Both the position numbers and the translations under genes were made by a program. From an uncultured delta proteobacterium (GTDB lineage Bacteria > Desulfobacterota > Syntrophobacteria > Syntrophobacterales > Syntrophobacteraceae), in the NCBI GenBank assembly GCA_963808625.1, contig CAWEHK010000015.1:1-64000 (forward strand): DNA of 64,000 nucleotides. Direction: 5' to 3'. The notes beneath the pieces are model-generated. The model was not told the origin of the DNA, did not search any database, and saw nothing but the letters and a program-made list of their open reading frames with translations. This document shows positions 1 through 10,420 of the stretch, in pieces (within the stretch, counting starts at the first letter, position 1; each line of letters begins with the position of its first letter).

Positions 1-376
1 AAATATCAACGGGTATCCGTGCTTTATACCATCTTCCTGCGGCGTCGACCGTCGGCAACAGCTCGACCCGCCGAATGCCGTAAATCGCGCGCGCTCTTTC
101 GACATTCAAGGCGGCAAGCCGTAGGTCGAGGTTGTTGTTCAAAGCTGTCTCGATTATTTTTTGAAGCCGCTCGTCGACAAAGAATTCTCGCCAGCCTGTC
201 TCGGCTGCTGTCGGCGCGCCGGCCGCGGCTTGGAGGCCCTGGTATGCAGGCCCACTCGGCCACCCGGCGGGGATCGGGGCTTCCGGCCTGGTGTATTTCG
301 GAATCAGCGTGCAACCGCCTAAACCGCCCACCACGATGATGAGGACACCCAGCAGAAGAAACCGGTTTCTATTCAT
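1..376 (-). CDS. Outer-membrane efflux lipoprotein, OprM/NodT family (3' part runs off the window)
   Basis: Not in the ORF track. Manual translation from ATG 376: MNRNRFLLLGVLIIVVGGLGGC (lipobox) TLIPKYTRPEAP...WREFFVDERLQKIIETALNNNLDLRLAALNVERAR. Overlaps the end of the RND gene. Confidence 0.9.
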   Translation of the reverse strand, partial: MNRNRFLLLGVLIIVVGGLGGCTLIPKYTRPEAPIPAGWPSGPAYQGLQAAAGAPTAAETGWREFFVDERLQKIIETALNNNLDLRLAALNVERARAIYGIRRVELLPTVDAAGRWYKARIPVDI

Positions 377-3300
377 CTCCTTGCCCCCCTGATGGATTAG
401 CATCCGCGATCTTAGCCGCTTCCCGCTTCCTGTGTTTCCGGGATCGTTGATAGATCAGCACATAAAAGAGCGGAGCAAACAAAGTCACCAGAAAGGTGGC
501 GGTAACCACCCCCCCCAGCACGCCGATGCCGATGGCCTTTTGCGCTCCCGCTCCGGCCCCGCTGGCAAGCGCCAGGGGCAGGACGCCAAAGCCGAAGGCC
601 AGTGAGGTCATCACGATGGGACGGAGTCTCAATTTTGCCCCTTCCAGCGTAGCGTCGATCAGCCCCATCCCTTCTTCGACTCTGGCCTTGGCGAATTGCA
701 CGATCAGGATGGCATTCTTGGTGGTCAAACCCAGGGTGGTGAGCAGCCCAATCTGGAAGTAGACGTCATTGGGCAGTCCCTTCCAGCTCGATCCGATGAC
801 ACCGCCGATGGCCCCAAGGGGCAGGGCGAGCAGAATCGAGATGGGGATGGGCCAGCTCTCGTAGAGGGCTGCCAGGCAAAGGAAGATCACGAGGATGGAA
901 AAGGCGTACAGCAGAGGCGCCTGGGACCCCGCCATGCGTTCCTGGTAGGAAAGCCCGGTCCAGTCATAGCCGATCCCCTGGGGCAACTTCGACGCGATCT
1001 CTTCCATGGCCTTCATCGCATCCCCGGAACTCCTTCCCGGTGCCGCCTCGCCCCACATGTTGATGGACGGAAAGGCGTTGTAGCGCTCCAGCTTGGGAGA
1101 ACCGGAAGTCCAGTGTCCGGAGGCAAAAGAAGAAAAGGGGACCATCTTCGCCGCGGCATTGCGAACATAAAGTTTTTCCAGGTCCCTCGGCAGCATGCGG
1201 TAGGGGGCATCCGCCTGCACGTATACCCGCTTGACCCGTCCGGCTTGAATAAAGTCGTTGACATAGGCGCTGCCGAAGGCTGAGACGATGGTGTCGTGGA
1301 TGGAGGTAATGGGAACCCCCAGAGCTCCCGCCTTTTCCCAATCCACGTCGATCCGGTACTCAGGCACATCTTCCATACTGTTGGGCCGAACGCCGACCAG
1401 TCTCGGGTCCTTCGCCGCCATGCCGAGGAGCTGATTGCGGGCCGCCATCAGGGCCTCGTGGCCCACGCCTCCACGATCCTGCAACTGAAAGTCAAACCCC
1501 TTGGCATTCCCCAGTTCGGTAACGGCCGGCGGTGGAAAGGCGAAAACGATGGCATTGCGGATCTGTGAAAAGGCCTTCATGGCTCTTCCTGCGACCGGGC
1601 CGACTTTCAGGTCTGGCCGGTCACGGAGTTTCCAGTCCCGGAGCTTGACAAAGGCCAGGGCCATGTTCTGTCCCCTGCCGGCAAAGCTGATGCCGGCAAC
1701 CGTCAAAACGGATTCCACCGCGTCCTTTTCCCCCACCAGAAAGTGTTCCCTGACCCCATCCAGGACCTGTCTGGTCTGCTCGAGGGATGAATTTGCCGGA
1801 AGCATTGCCTGGACAAACAGAATCCCCTGGTCCTCATCCGGCAGGTAAGCAGTGGGCATCCGCTGAAACAGGACTCCAAAAGCCACCGCAATCAGAACGA
1901 AAATAAGGAGATAACGGAGTTTCCTGGAAAGGGCGTGGCCAACCACTCGCAAATACAGGTCCCTAACGCGAAAAAAGGTGTGATCAAACCAGGTGAAAAA
2001 CGGGCGCAGGAAAAAGATCGCATTTTCTGCCGGTTCATGCCCCTTGGGCACCGGCTTGAGGAGCGATGCGCACAGGACCGGCGTCAGGATCAGAGCCACC
2101 AGCACCGAAAGGAGCATGGAGGCAATGATGGTCACGGAAAACTGGCGGTAGATGACCCCGGTAGAACCGCCAAAAAACGCCATGGGACCAAACACCGCCG
2201 ACAGCACCAACCCGATGCCGATGAGGGCGCTGGTGATCTGGTCCATGGACTTTTGGGTGGCTTCCCTGGGCGGGAGCCCTTCCTCGCTCATGATCCGTTC
2301 CACGTTTTCCACCACCACAATGGCATCATCCACCAGAAGACCGATGGCCAGCACCATAGCGAACATGGTCAGCATGTTGATGGAGAACCCAAAAAACCCC
2401 AAAACCGCGAAGGTCCCCAGAATCACCACCGGCACCGCGATGGTTGGGATCAGGGTGGCACGGAGGTTCCCCATGAAAAGATACATGACCAGGAAGACCA
2501 GAAGGATCGCCTCGAACAGGGTCTTGACCACCTCGTCGATGGCCACTCTGATAAAAGGAGTAGTATCAAACGGATAGACGACCTTCATGCCCGGGGGAAA
2601 GTACCGGCTCATCTCCGTCAGTTTCGCCTTGACGGCATCGGCGGTATCCAGGGCATTGGCCCCGGCAGCCTGTCGGATGGCCAGAGCGGCGGCAGGTTTG
2701 CCGTTGTATGCTGCCACGATGTCGTAGACTTCGGTCCCCAATTCCGTCCGGCCCACATCCTTGACCCGAACAGTCGAGCCGTCCGGATTCAGGCGGATGG
2801 GAATGGCGGCAAACTCATCGGGGGTTTTGAGCAGGTTCTGGACGATGATGGAGGCGTTCAAACGCTGGCCCTCCAATGCCGGCGCCCCGCCGAACTGGCC
2901 GGCGGAGACCTCCACGTTATAGGCTCGAAGCGCCGCGATGACGTCTTCAATCGTCAGGTGGTAGTCCGTCAGCTTGTCGGGGTTGAGCCAGACCCGCATG
3001 GCATACTGAGAACCGAAGTTTTCCACTTCGCCCACCCCCGGCACCCGCGCCAGCACCTTCTCCAGGTTCGATTGAGCATAGTCTCTCAGGTCATTGCCGT
3101 CCATACTCCCATCTTCCGAGATCAGGCCAACGATCATCAGCCAGTTCCGAGTGGATTTGCTGACCTTGACACCCTGGCGCTGAATCACGTCCGGCAGGTT
3201 CGCCATGGCGAGCTGGAGTTTGTTCTGCACCTGGGCCCAGGCGAGGTCCGGGTCGGTCCCCGGGGTAAAGGTGAGCTGGGTGCGGGAGGCGCCTGCGGAG

Positions 3301-3554
3301 TCACTGGTGGCGGACAGGTACAGCATCTTGTCGAAGCCGGTCATCTTCTGCTCGATGATCTGCGTCACGCTGTTTTCGACGGTTTCCGCCGAAGCCCCGG
3401 GATAGAAAGCGTCAATGGCGATAGACGGCGGAGCAATGGGAGGATACTGGGAGATGGGCAGATTGTAGATCGCCAGGCCGCCCGCCACCATCATGATGAT
3501 GGCAATAACCCAGGCGAAGACCGGGCGATCCAGAAAGAATCTTGATAGCATCAT
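369..3554 (-). CDS. RND efflux permease, HAE1 (AcrB/MexB) family
   Basis: 1061 aa; FFLDRPVFAWVIAI start, AIGLLVDDAIVVVENVER and RLRPIVMTSLAF motifs. Confidence 0.97.
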   Translation of the reverse strand: MMLSRFFLDRPVFAWVIAIIMMVAGGLAIYNLPISQYPPIAPPSIAIDAFYPGASAETVENSVTQIIEQKMTGFDKMLYLSATSDSAGASRTQLTFTPGTDPDLAWAQVQNKLQLAMANLPDVIQRQGVKVSKSTRNWLMIVGLISEDGSMDGNDLRDYAQSNLEKVLARVPGVGEVENFGSQYAMRVWLNPDKLTDYHLTIEDVIAALRAYNVEVSAGQFGGAPALEGQRLNASIIVQNLLKTPDEFAAIPIRLNPDGSTVRVKDVGRTELGTEVYDIVAAYNGKPAAALAIRQAAGANALDTADAVKAKLTEMSRYFPPGMKVVYPFDTTPFIRVAIDEVVKTLFEAILLVFLVMYLFMGNLRATLIPTIAVPVVILGTFAVLGFFGFSINMLTMFAMVLAIGLLVDDAIVVVENVERIMSEEGLPPREATQKSMDQITSALIGIGLVLSAVFGPMAFFGGSTGVIYRQFSVTIIASMLLSVLVALILTPVLCASLLKPVPKGHEPAENAIFFLRPFFTWFDHTFFRVRDLYLRVVGHALSRKLRYLLIFVLIAVAFGVLFQRMPTAYLPDEDQGILFVQAMLPANSSLEQTRQVLDGVREHFLVGEKDAVESVLTVAGISFAGRGQNMALAFVKLRDWKLRDRPDLKVGPVAGRAMKAFSQIRNAIVFAFPPPAVTELGNAKGFDFQLQDRGGVGHEALMAARNQLLGMAAKDPRLVGVRPNSMEDVPEYRIDVDWEKAGALGVPITSIHDTIVSAFGSAYVNDFIQAGRVKRVYVQADAPYRMLPRDLEKLYVRNAAAKMVPFSSFASGHWTSGSPKLERYNAFPSINMWGEAAPGRSSGDAMKAMEEIASKLPQGIGYDWTGLSYQERMAGSQAPLLYAFSILVIFLCLAALYESWPIPISILLALPLGAIGGVIGSSWKGLPNDVYFQIGLLTTLGLTTKNAILIVQFAKARVEEGMGLIDATLEGAKLRLRPIVMTSLAFGFGVLPLALASGAGAGAQKAIGIGVLGGVVTATFLVTLFAPLFYVLIYQRSRKHRKREAAKIADANPSGGQGDE

Positions 3555-3559
3555 GCGCC

Positions 3560-4779
3560 TCCGTCAATTCGATTTTCGCAGCCGGTTGGGGCGTATTCCC
3601 CGGTGCCGCACCCTCTTTCCGACCGGCATCAACCGGGACGACCTTAACGGAAGCGCCGGGCCGTGCTTTTTGCATCCCCTCGACGATCACCCGCTCGCCG
3701 GATGCAAGACCTGATGAGACGAGCCATTGGTCGCCGATGGCACGGTCGAGCGTGAGCATCCGCTGCTGGACCTTCTCTTCGGTGTCCACAACCAGCACCG
3801 CGGGGTTCCCCTTGGGATCGCGTGACACGGCTTGCTGCGGAATGAGGATGGCCTGCTCGTTGGTGCCTTCCTTCACCACCGTCCGGACGAACATGCCCGG
3901 CAAAAGAACTCCTTCCGGATTGGGAAAGACAACCCGCAGGATGACCGACCCCGTAGTCGGGTCCACCGTGATGTCGCGGAACTGAAGCGTCCCTTCCGAT
4001 GAATACACGTTATTGTCTTCCAGGATGAGCCTGACCTTCTGCTGGTTCCGTCCGTTCTGACTGAGGCTGCCTCCCTCCAGGCGGCGCCGCAAGCGCAGCA
4101 GTTCGGTGGTGGATTGGGGCACATCCGCGTAGATGGGGTCCAGTTGTTGAATCGTTGCCAGGGCTAAGGGTTGGTGCGCGGTCACGAGGGCGCCATCCGT
4201 CACGCTGGACCTGCCGATGCGCCCGGAAATGGGCGCGGTGACCCGGGTATAACCCAGATTGATCCGGGCGGATTCCACCGCCGCCTTCCCATACTCAACC
4301 TCCGCCTCGGCCTGTTTCAGGGCGGCGGAGGCGTCGTCGTAGTCCTGCCGGCTCACCGCTTTGTCGGCCAGCAATTCCTGGTAGCGCTGCATCCTCAACC
4401 GGATTGACGGCACATTGGCTTCGGCTTTGGAAAGGGCTGCTTTAGCATAGTCGAGGGCTGCCTGAAAGGGGGCGGGATCGATTTGATAGAGGGTCTGGCC
4501 GGCCCTGACATCGGAACCTTCCTTGAACAGGCGTTTCTGGATGAGGCCATTGACCTGGGGGCGGATTTCCGCGACGAGGTAGGCTGAGGTGCGACCGGGC
4601 AACTCCGTGGTCAGCTCGACCTGCTGCGGCTGGACTGTCACCACCGCTACTTCCGGGACCGGGGGCGGTGGTGCAGCTTGCTTTTGGCGGTCGCAACCAC
4701 CCAGCAGCAGGCCGCCCGACAGAATTACCGAAATCAAAATGAGTCTATGCAGGTCATTAACGACGTCCTTCAAGTGCAT
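3560..4779 (-). CDS. RND periplasmic adaptor lipoprotein (AcrA/MexA family); ORF track end (3412) is probably extended by a frameshift
   Basis: LLLGGC lipobox; ELPGRT, AEIRPQVNG, TAPISGRIG, VDPTTGSV motifs. Removing one A from the AAAA run near 3575 gives AKSN-stop just before the GGAGG RBS of the RND gene. Confidence 0.93.
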
Positions 4780-4796
4780 CCGAGACCTCCAGTAAA

Positions 4797-5465
4797 TCAG
4801 ATTGAGACTGACGCATTCGGTTGGCAGAAACTCGATCCGGCTGACTGAGCAAGCAACCCTTTAAAGAGAATATCGAGAACAACATCAGGGTCTTCCGGGT
4901 AGGGATGTCGTTCAGGCTCGTCAAGCCACAGGAAGAGAAAGGCGTTGGTAATGCTATCGAGGGCAACGGCGAGGTGGTAAGGATCGGCGATCCTCCTGAA
5001 ACGCTTGCTTTGCATCGCGCTCTCAAAGATCGAGGCAAAGGTTTGCATGAACTCGCCACGCCGTTTCCGGATCTCTGCATCGAAGCCGGCCATAACGTTG
5101 TAGCGCGCCCCGTGGGTCTCTGCGAAATAGAGACGGATCATGGAGACATTGGCACAAAAGACCTCGCCCTTGGCCCTGACGTAATTTCGCAGTTTTTGAA
5201 TCTCATCATCCGGTTCTTCAATGGCCTTCGTGAGCGCCTCATGGAACTTGTAGAATTTCTCCAGGATGAGGGCCTTGTAGAGGTCCTCCTTGTTCTTGAA
5301 GAATTTGTAAAGCGTTCCTATGGCAAATTCCGCCTTCTCCGCGATCTCGTGCATGGAAACATTTCGGTATCCCTTCTTCGAAAAGAGCTCGAGCGCGGCA
5401 GCAAGAATCTCTTGACGTTGCGCCAATTTCTGCCTTTCCCGCCTGGGGAGCCTTTCCTCTTCCAT
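4797..5465 (-). CDS. TetR/AcrR family transcriptional regulator
   Basis: N-terminal HTH ILAAALELFSKKGYRNVSMHEIAEKAEFAIGTLYKFFKNKEDL; first gene of the efflux operon. Confidence 0.95.
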   Translation of the reverse strand: MEEERLPRRERQKLAQRQEILAAALELFSKKGYRNVSMHEIAEKAEFAIGTLYKFFKNKEDLYKALILEKFYKFHEALTKAIEEPDDEIQKLRNYVRAKGEVFCANVSMIRLYFAETHGARYNVMAGFDAEIRKRRGEFMQTFASIFESAMQSKRFRRIADPYHLAVALDSITNAFLFLWLDEPERHPYPEDPDVVLDILFKGLLAQSAGSSFCQPNASVSI

Positions 5466-5497
5466 CCCTTGCCTCCCGAACTATAATTCAAAGCCAC

Positions 5498-5544
5498 AAT
5501 GTGAACATGACGTCACATTATAGAACAATACATCTACTTGTAAA
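5498..5544 (-). promoter_or_regulatory. Sigma70-type promoter of the tetR-RND operon overlapping a candidate TetR operator
   Basis: Minus strand TTTACA (5544-5539), 16-bp spacer, TATAAT (5522-5517). Palindrome AATGTGA-N8-TCACATT at 5498-5519. Confidence 0.7.
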
Positions 5545-5741
5545 GAGAATTTCGAAATAATTTTCGGCCGGCGACCATGGCCTTTTGGCAGGCACTTCAC
5601 CCACCATTGGAAAGGTGGCCTTCAAGGAAACAAAAGGGGCGACACGGGCGGGCTCATCAACCGAGCATCGGCGCCATGGAGACGCAGTGTGATGATTGGA
5701 AGATGAGAGCAAATTGTTTTGCGCAGAAGGTGCGGGATTTG

Positions 5742-7205
5742 CTAATTCCGCGCTATTTCAACCTCACTCATAAAGGTCCACTGGACATTGAAAAGGGCAA
5801 CTAAAACCGACTTGCACTCTTTGAATTGGAATGGCGTCGAGTTGGATATCACGTATTCCGTATTGTCTTCGAGGGAGAGGCCCGTCCCCTTGATCGCTGG
5901 AGTAACGACCTTGGCGGGACCGAAGTTGGTGCCATCGGTGGAACAACGCACTTGAAGTTTCCCTGGAGAGGTGATCCCTGAGCTCGGTTGGATCAAAATA
6001 TGAACACCCAGCCAATCTACGTTGGTCGGTGACGGGAAGTCAAAGATGAAGCGAGCATTTCCTGGAACACCAACCCAGCCGGTACTGAAGGGGTCCTTAG
6101 GATCTGCCGTGCGGGCATCATTGAGCTCTCCGGATGAATCCGGGTACTCTAATGAAGGAGGAGTAATCCAGCGATAGGAAGCCTCGTTACTCAAATAAGC
6201 ACCCTTCAACCCATACCGAGCCCGGTATGATTCAAAAAGTCGACGAGCTTCTTTAAAACCGGCATTTGGCCCCCAGGATGGGCTCATGTGGCTTTGAAAC
6301 AACCATGATATTCGCTTGCCAGGCAACTGGGCGGCTGCCAGCTGATTGTTGACTCTGGCAACAGAACTACTGCTGTAGCTCTTGAAATTGAAAAGCTCGA
6401 TGTCCGCCCAGACAGCTTCTCGACCAAGGTGGTTTACCAATTCGAGGTAATAGTCTTGAGTGGAATATTCATTTTGCGAATCTGACCGAGGTGAGTTGGC
6501 AAAGGCACCCGTTCCATCCTGCCATGCGAAAATATCGATTCCCGTTGCATCTCTAAAGAAGGCTGCCACATGAGCCAGATTTGACGGACTCAGGGCTCCC
6601 GGCTGCAGATAAGGGGCCAGTATTACCGGCTTTTCCGGAGTCAGTTGTTTCAGCTGATCAGCGACCCCGCGATAGTACGAAATCTTCTTATAGAGTGATA
6701 AATCTGATCCTGTTTCATCTGGTATATACCATCCGGCAAAAGCTGGGTGGTCCTTGTAATTATCAGCAATAATCTTCAGATTTGTATTAATATCGTGATA
6801 CACTAACTCCCGGTTTGGAGTTTTATAAAAATCACCACAGCTTACAAATGACATGACTCCACCGACGTATACAACCATTCCTCTTTTATAGGCTTCATCC
6901 AGAACTCTTTTTAGCTTATCGGGAAATCCGGCAACCCAATAGAAATCGTTTTCCCCGCCTCCACAGGCAGCTTCGCTCCTTTTCATGCGAACTGCATCCA
7001 GAACAATCATGTTCATTCCCAAGGAGTGCATTTCATTCAGTAGCTGTTTCAGTTGGTTGATTGTCATGACCCCGATGGTATCGCTATATCCAAAGTGAAC
7101 AAAGCCACCATCTAATAATTCCATAGGTTGGTCCCCATGCCCCGACACCGGGTTCATGAACAGCGGTACCAGTATGGCGATGGCAATACACGTAATCTTC
7201 TTCAT
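5742..7205 (-). CDS. Exported DUF4434-like putative glycoside hydrolase with a C-terminal discoidin-like beta domain
   Basis: Signal peptide MKKITCIAIAILVPLF; HPAFAGWYIPDE, WQDGTG and WADIELF motifs; C-terminal WTFMSEVEI. More AT-rich than its flanks by eye. Confidence 0.65.
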   Translation of the reverse strand: MKKITCIAIAILVPLFMNPVSGHGDQPMELLDGGFVHFGYSDTIGVMTINQLKQLLNEMHSLGMNMIVLDAVRMKRSEAACGGGENDFYWVAGFPDKLKRVLDEAYKRGMVVYVGGVMSFVSCGDFYKTPNRELVYHDINTNLKIIADNYKDHPAFAGWYIPDETGSDLSLYKKISYYRGVADQLKQLTPEKPVILAPYLQPGALSPSNLAHVAAFFRDATGIDIFAWQDGTGAFANSPRSDSQNEYSTQDYYLELVNHLGREAVWADIELFNFKSYSSSSVARVNNQLAAAQLPGKRISWLFQSHMSPSWGPNAGFKEARRLFESYRARYGLKGAYLSNEASYRWITPPSLEYPDSSGELNDARTADPKDPFSTGWVGVPGNARFIFDFPSPTNVDWLGVHILIQPSSGITSPGKLQVRCSTDGTNFGPAKVVTPAIKGTGLSLEDNTEYVISNSTPFQFKECKSVLVALFNVQWTFMSEVEIARN

Positions 7206-7831
7206 TTCAGTTTCCCATTTATGTGAAGCAGCCACGAACAAACACCATAAAATCCCTTGCCCTTCGGCAGTCTCAGCCGCCAGCCCCCAATCCCCAATTT
7301 CCTCCCTCTAATTTCCTCCCTCTGGTTGTCTATGATAACAAACTTCCTTCAAAGGAAAAGGGCGCCCGAATAAGTTGCATGCGGACCGCAGCAATGGAGA
7401 GTCCTCCGGCAGCACGAGCCCTGCTGGGTGCGGTAGCTCTTGGGAGTCGGATGGACAAAGAGGCATGCCGCGATCTTGTGATCGCTCCCTGATCTTCCGA
7501 TTTCTGCTTTTTCACCATGAACACCTCAAGCTGCGTCTCACATTGTAGATCGACTCTGAACTCCTACCTGACCCTCAGACGGCCCATCCTCCGTGTTCTT
7601 ACTCCTCGCGGTCCATCTTATGTCGAATATCCGGCGCCGCCTCGAACGATGAGAGACCGGGACGCCCCCTGCTTGATCAATAGCATTTGCTGGATTAGTA
7701 TAGGGGCGAGAATCCATTGCGCAGCCAGGGGCCGCAATCACAATTGAGTGGGAATTTCAACGATACCAATAGGTTCCAAAGAAAATCTTGTCAAGAAAAC
7801 AAGAAACCCGGCGTTGGTATCATCGGGGTGA

Positions 7832-8059
7832 GTGCGAATGAAAACATTTCAGATGACAATCGATGAGGCTCTGCTGGAAGTGGTGAATCGTGTCTCTCTC
7901 GATTTAAGGACCAGCCGGTCTGCATTGATCCGCGCAGCCTGGCAGCTTGCACCTCGCCGGTACGCCATTGAGAAACTTGAAAAACGGCATGCTGAAGGCT
8001 CTGCAAAACATTCTGTGCGGCCCGGTGGGTTCGATGCATGGCAGGCAGAACAGGCATGA
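7832..8059 (+). CDS. Ribbon-helix-helix (CopG-like) protein, probable orphan antitoxin
   Basis: MKTFQMTIDEALLEVVNRVSLDLRTSRSALIRAA fits the RHH pattern; no toxin gene follows. Confidence 0.6.
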   Translation: MRMKTFQMTIDEALLEVVNRVSLDLRTSRSALIRAAWQLAPRRYAIEKLEKRHAEGSAKHSVRPGGFDAWQAEQA

Positions 8060-8075
8060 GAAGTTGGAAGACGGA

Positions 8076-9095
8076 ATGCTGATTCTTGGTATTGAAACCT
8101 CCTGTGATGAAACCGCGGCGGCGGTTGTGGAAGACGGTCGGTCGATTCGCTCCGATGTGATTGCGAGTCAGATCGCCGTGCACAGCCCTTACGGTGGGGT
8201 GGTGCCGGAGCTGGCCTCGCGAAAACACGTGGAAGCGGTTCTCCCGGTTATTGTTCAGGCTTTGGATGAAGCGGGTCTAACCGCCCGCGACCTCGATGCC
8301 ATCGCCGTGACCCAGGGGCCCGGCCTGGTGGGCGCTCTCCTGGTGGGTTTGAGTGCGGCCAAGGCCCTGGCTTACGCTCTCGACCGGCCGTTGCTTGCGG
8401 TGAACCACCTCGAGGGGCACATGCATGCCGCATTCCTGGGGCGCGAACCACCGGCTGAGCCCTTTGTCTGTCTGGTGGTTTCCGGCGGTCACACGGCCCT
8501 TTACCGGGTCGAGCCGGATAAAGAGACTCACTTTCTCGGTTCGACACGGGACGATGCTGCCGGCGAAGCCTTTGACAAAGTCGCGAAGCTCCTCGATCTG
8601 GGATATCCCGGCGGGGTCGTGATCGATCGCCTGGCCGCCCAGGGGAACCCCCAGGCCATTCAGTTTCCCAAAGCCTACCTCGACCAGGACTCCCTGGAAT
8701 TCAGCTTCAGCGGCATCAAGACCGCCGTGGCAAACTTCGTGCGTCGCTTTGGGGGGCCCGTGACCTGCGGCGGGACCGGTCCCTTCCGCCTGGAAGACTT
8801 GGTGGCAAGCTTTCAGGAGGCAATCGTCGAGGTCCTCGTCAGGAAAACAGTGAAGGCAGCAAACCTCTGCGTTGTGAAGCACGTGGCCGCGGTGGGCGGC
8901 GTGGCGGCGAACAGTCGCCTGCGCCGGCGCCTGCATGAGGAAGCCGCCTACCATCGCTTTGCACTGCACCTGCCGGAGCTTCGTTTCTGCACCGATAACG
9001 CGGTGATGATTGCCGCCGCTGCGCATTCGATCTGGAAACGTTCCGGGTTTTGCCGGAACTTATTGGAACTGGATGCGCTTTCGCGTTGGTTTTGA
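8076..9095 (+). CDS. tsaD: tRNA N6-adenosine threonylcarbamoyltransferase
   Basis: MLILGIETSCDET, GGVVPELASRKH, NHLEGH, VSGGHT, DDAAGEAFDKVA, CTDNAVMIA. Confidence 0.98.
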   Translation: MLILGIETSCDETAAAVVEDGRSIRSDVIASQIAVHSPYGGVVPELASRKHVEAVLPVIVQALDEAGLTARDLDAIAVTQGPGLVGALLVGLSAAKALAYALDRPLLAVNHLEGHMHAAFLGREPPAEPFVCLVVSGGHTALYRVEPDKETHFLGSTRDDAAGEAFDKVAKLLDLGYPGGVVIDRLAAQGNPQAIQFPKAYLDQDSLEFSFSGIKTAVANFVRRFGGPVTCGGTGPFRLEDLVASFQEAIVEVLVRKTVKAANLCVVKHVAAVGGVAANSRLRRRLHEEAAYHRFALHLPELRFCTDNAVMIAAAAHSIWKRSGFCRNLLELDALSRWF

Positions 9096-9227
9096 CGGGC
9101 CGACGGACAGAAGGGCCAAGGGACACGAGGGACATACGAGACACAAGGGACCGGCAAGAAGCAACCAACAACAGATAACCAATAACCAACAACTTCTTGC
9201 CAAAAAACGAGAACCGATTACTGATCG

Positions 9228-9311
9228 CCAAGAGCCAAGAGCTAACAAGAGCGCAAGAGCTAACTGCTAACAGCCAACAGCCAAGAGCTAAGAGCTAAGA
9301 GCTAAGAGCCA
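9228..9311. repeat. Heptamer tandem array (TAAGAGC/CAAGAGC) just before rsmA
   Basis: Direct reading: agagctaagagctaagagctaagagcc. Confidence 0.85.
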
Positions 9312-9317
9312 ATCAAC

Positions 9318-10157
9318 ATGTTCGTCTCTCCCCAGGAATATTTTCGTGGTCATGGCGTAAGCCCCAGGAAGCGGTTCGGGCAGCATTTCCTGATCCAGCC
9401 GAAAACCGCTGAACGGATCGTTGAGAGCGCGGAGCTTGGCCCATCGGATGTGGTGGTCGAAGTGGGGCCCGGTCTGGGAGCCCTGACTCGATTCATCCTG
9501 CCCCGGGTCGGGCGGTTGCACCTGGTGGAACTGGACCGCGACCTGGCGGTCTTCCTGGAAAGGAACCTGCCCGCTGCGGATTGCCGGGTTTCCATACATC
9601 AACAGGACATTCTGAAGGTGGATTTCTGCGCTCTCGACCAACCGCCAGAGGAGCGCCTGGTGGTGCTGGGAAATCTTCCCTACAACATCAGTTCGCCGCT
9701 CATCTTCCGGCTGCTGGAGTCGCGATGCTGCATCAAGCGGGCCGTGCTCATGGTGCAAAAGGAGGTGGGCGAGCGGCTGACAGCCGCCCCGGGAGGCAGG
9801 GATTACGGGGTCCTCTCAGTGCTTCTCGGCGTTTACGCACGCGCGAAGTCCCTTTTTACCGTTGGGCCGGGGCAATTCTATCCGTCCCCCGCGGTGGATT
9901 CACTGGTGGTAGTGATCGATTTTGTTGAGGATACGTCCTACAGCACTCCTTCCTTTGCATTGTTGAGGGGCCTCGTAAACACCTGCTTCCAGCAGCGACG
10001 AAAAACGCTGTCAAACAGCTTGAAAGGGCTTGCCGGTGCAAACGCGACGCTTCTCCAGAGAGCTTTAAGCGCATGCGGCATCGACCCCCGAAGGCGCCCT
10101 GAAACCCTCAGTGCTGAAGAATTTGTCGATCTGGCTAAGGCACTTGAAATGGGGTGA
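9318..10157 (+). CDS. rsmA: 16S rRNA m6,2A dimethyltransferase (KsgA)
   Basis: RKRFGQHFL, VEVGPGLGALT, GNLPYNISS, MVQKEVGERL, QRRKTL, RPETLS. Confidence 0.97.
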   Translation: MFVSPQEYFRGHGVSPRKRFGQHFLIQPKTAERIVESAELGPSDVVVEVGPGLGALTRFILPRVGRLHLVELDRDLAVFLERNLPAADCRVSIHQQDILKVDFCALDQPPEERLVVLGNLPYNISSPLIFRLLESRCCIKRAVLMVQKEVGERLTAAPGGRDYGVLSVLLGVYARAKSLFTVGPGQFYPSPAVDSLVVVIDFVEDTSYSTPSFALLRGLVNTCFQQRRKTLSNSLKGLAGANATLLQRALSACGIDPRRRPETLSAEEFVDLAKALEMG

Positions 10158-10420
10158 CGCGGTGACCCGGAGATTGTGACACGGAGATGGGGGGACGAGG
10201 AGATTGGGTGACACGGGGACAGGGAGATGGGGAGATGTGGGGCAGGCTTTCCAGCCTGCCGAATTTCCGGACACACTCTTTCTGAAAAATCTCCAGGCTA
10301 CCCGATAGACCATAAGGGAATCGCACTTGGCATCCCTCTCTCCCCCTCTCTCCGTCTCGCCCTCACCCTATCTCCCCCTCTCCGTGTCTCCCCGTCTCCC
10401 GATCCCCGCGTCCGGCGTCT
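10150..10420. repeat. Inverted arrays of 8-mer repeats (GGAGATGG-like, then TCTCCCC-like) around a REP-like hairpin
   Basis: G-rich array at 10150-10240, complementary C-rich array at 10335-10420, and the internal hairpin GGCAGGCTTTCCAGCCTGCC. Confidence 0.7.

Noticed and set aside
1935..3545. Long antisense ORFs (also 13201-14577, 24424-26055, 32195-33694, 59706-61301)
   Set aside because: Shadows of well-supported genes in GC-rich DNA, with no motifs of their own.
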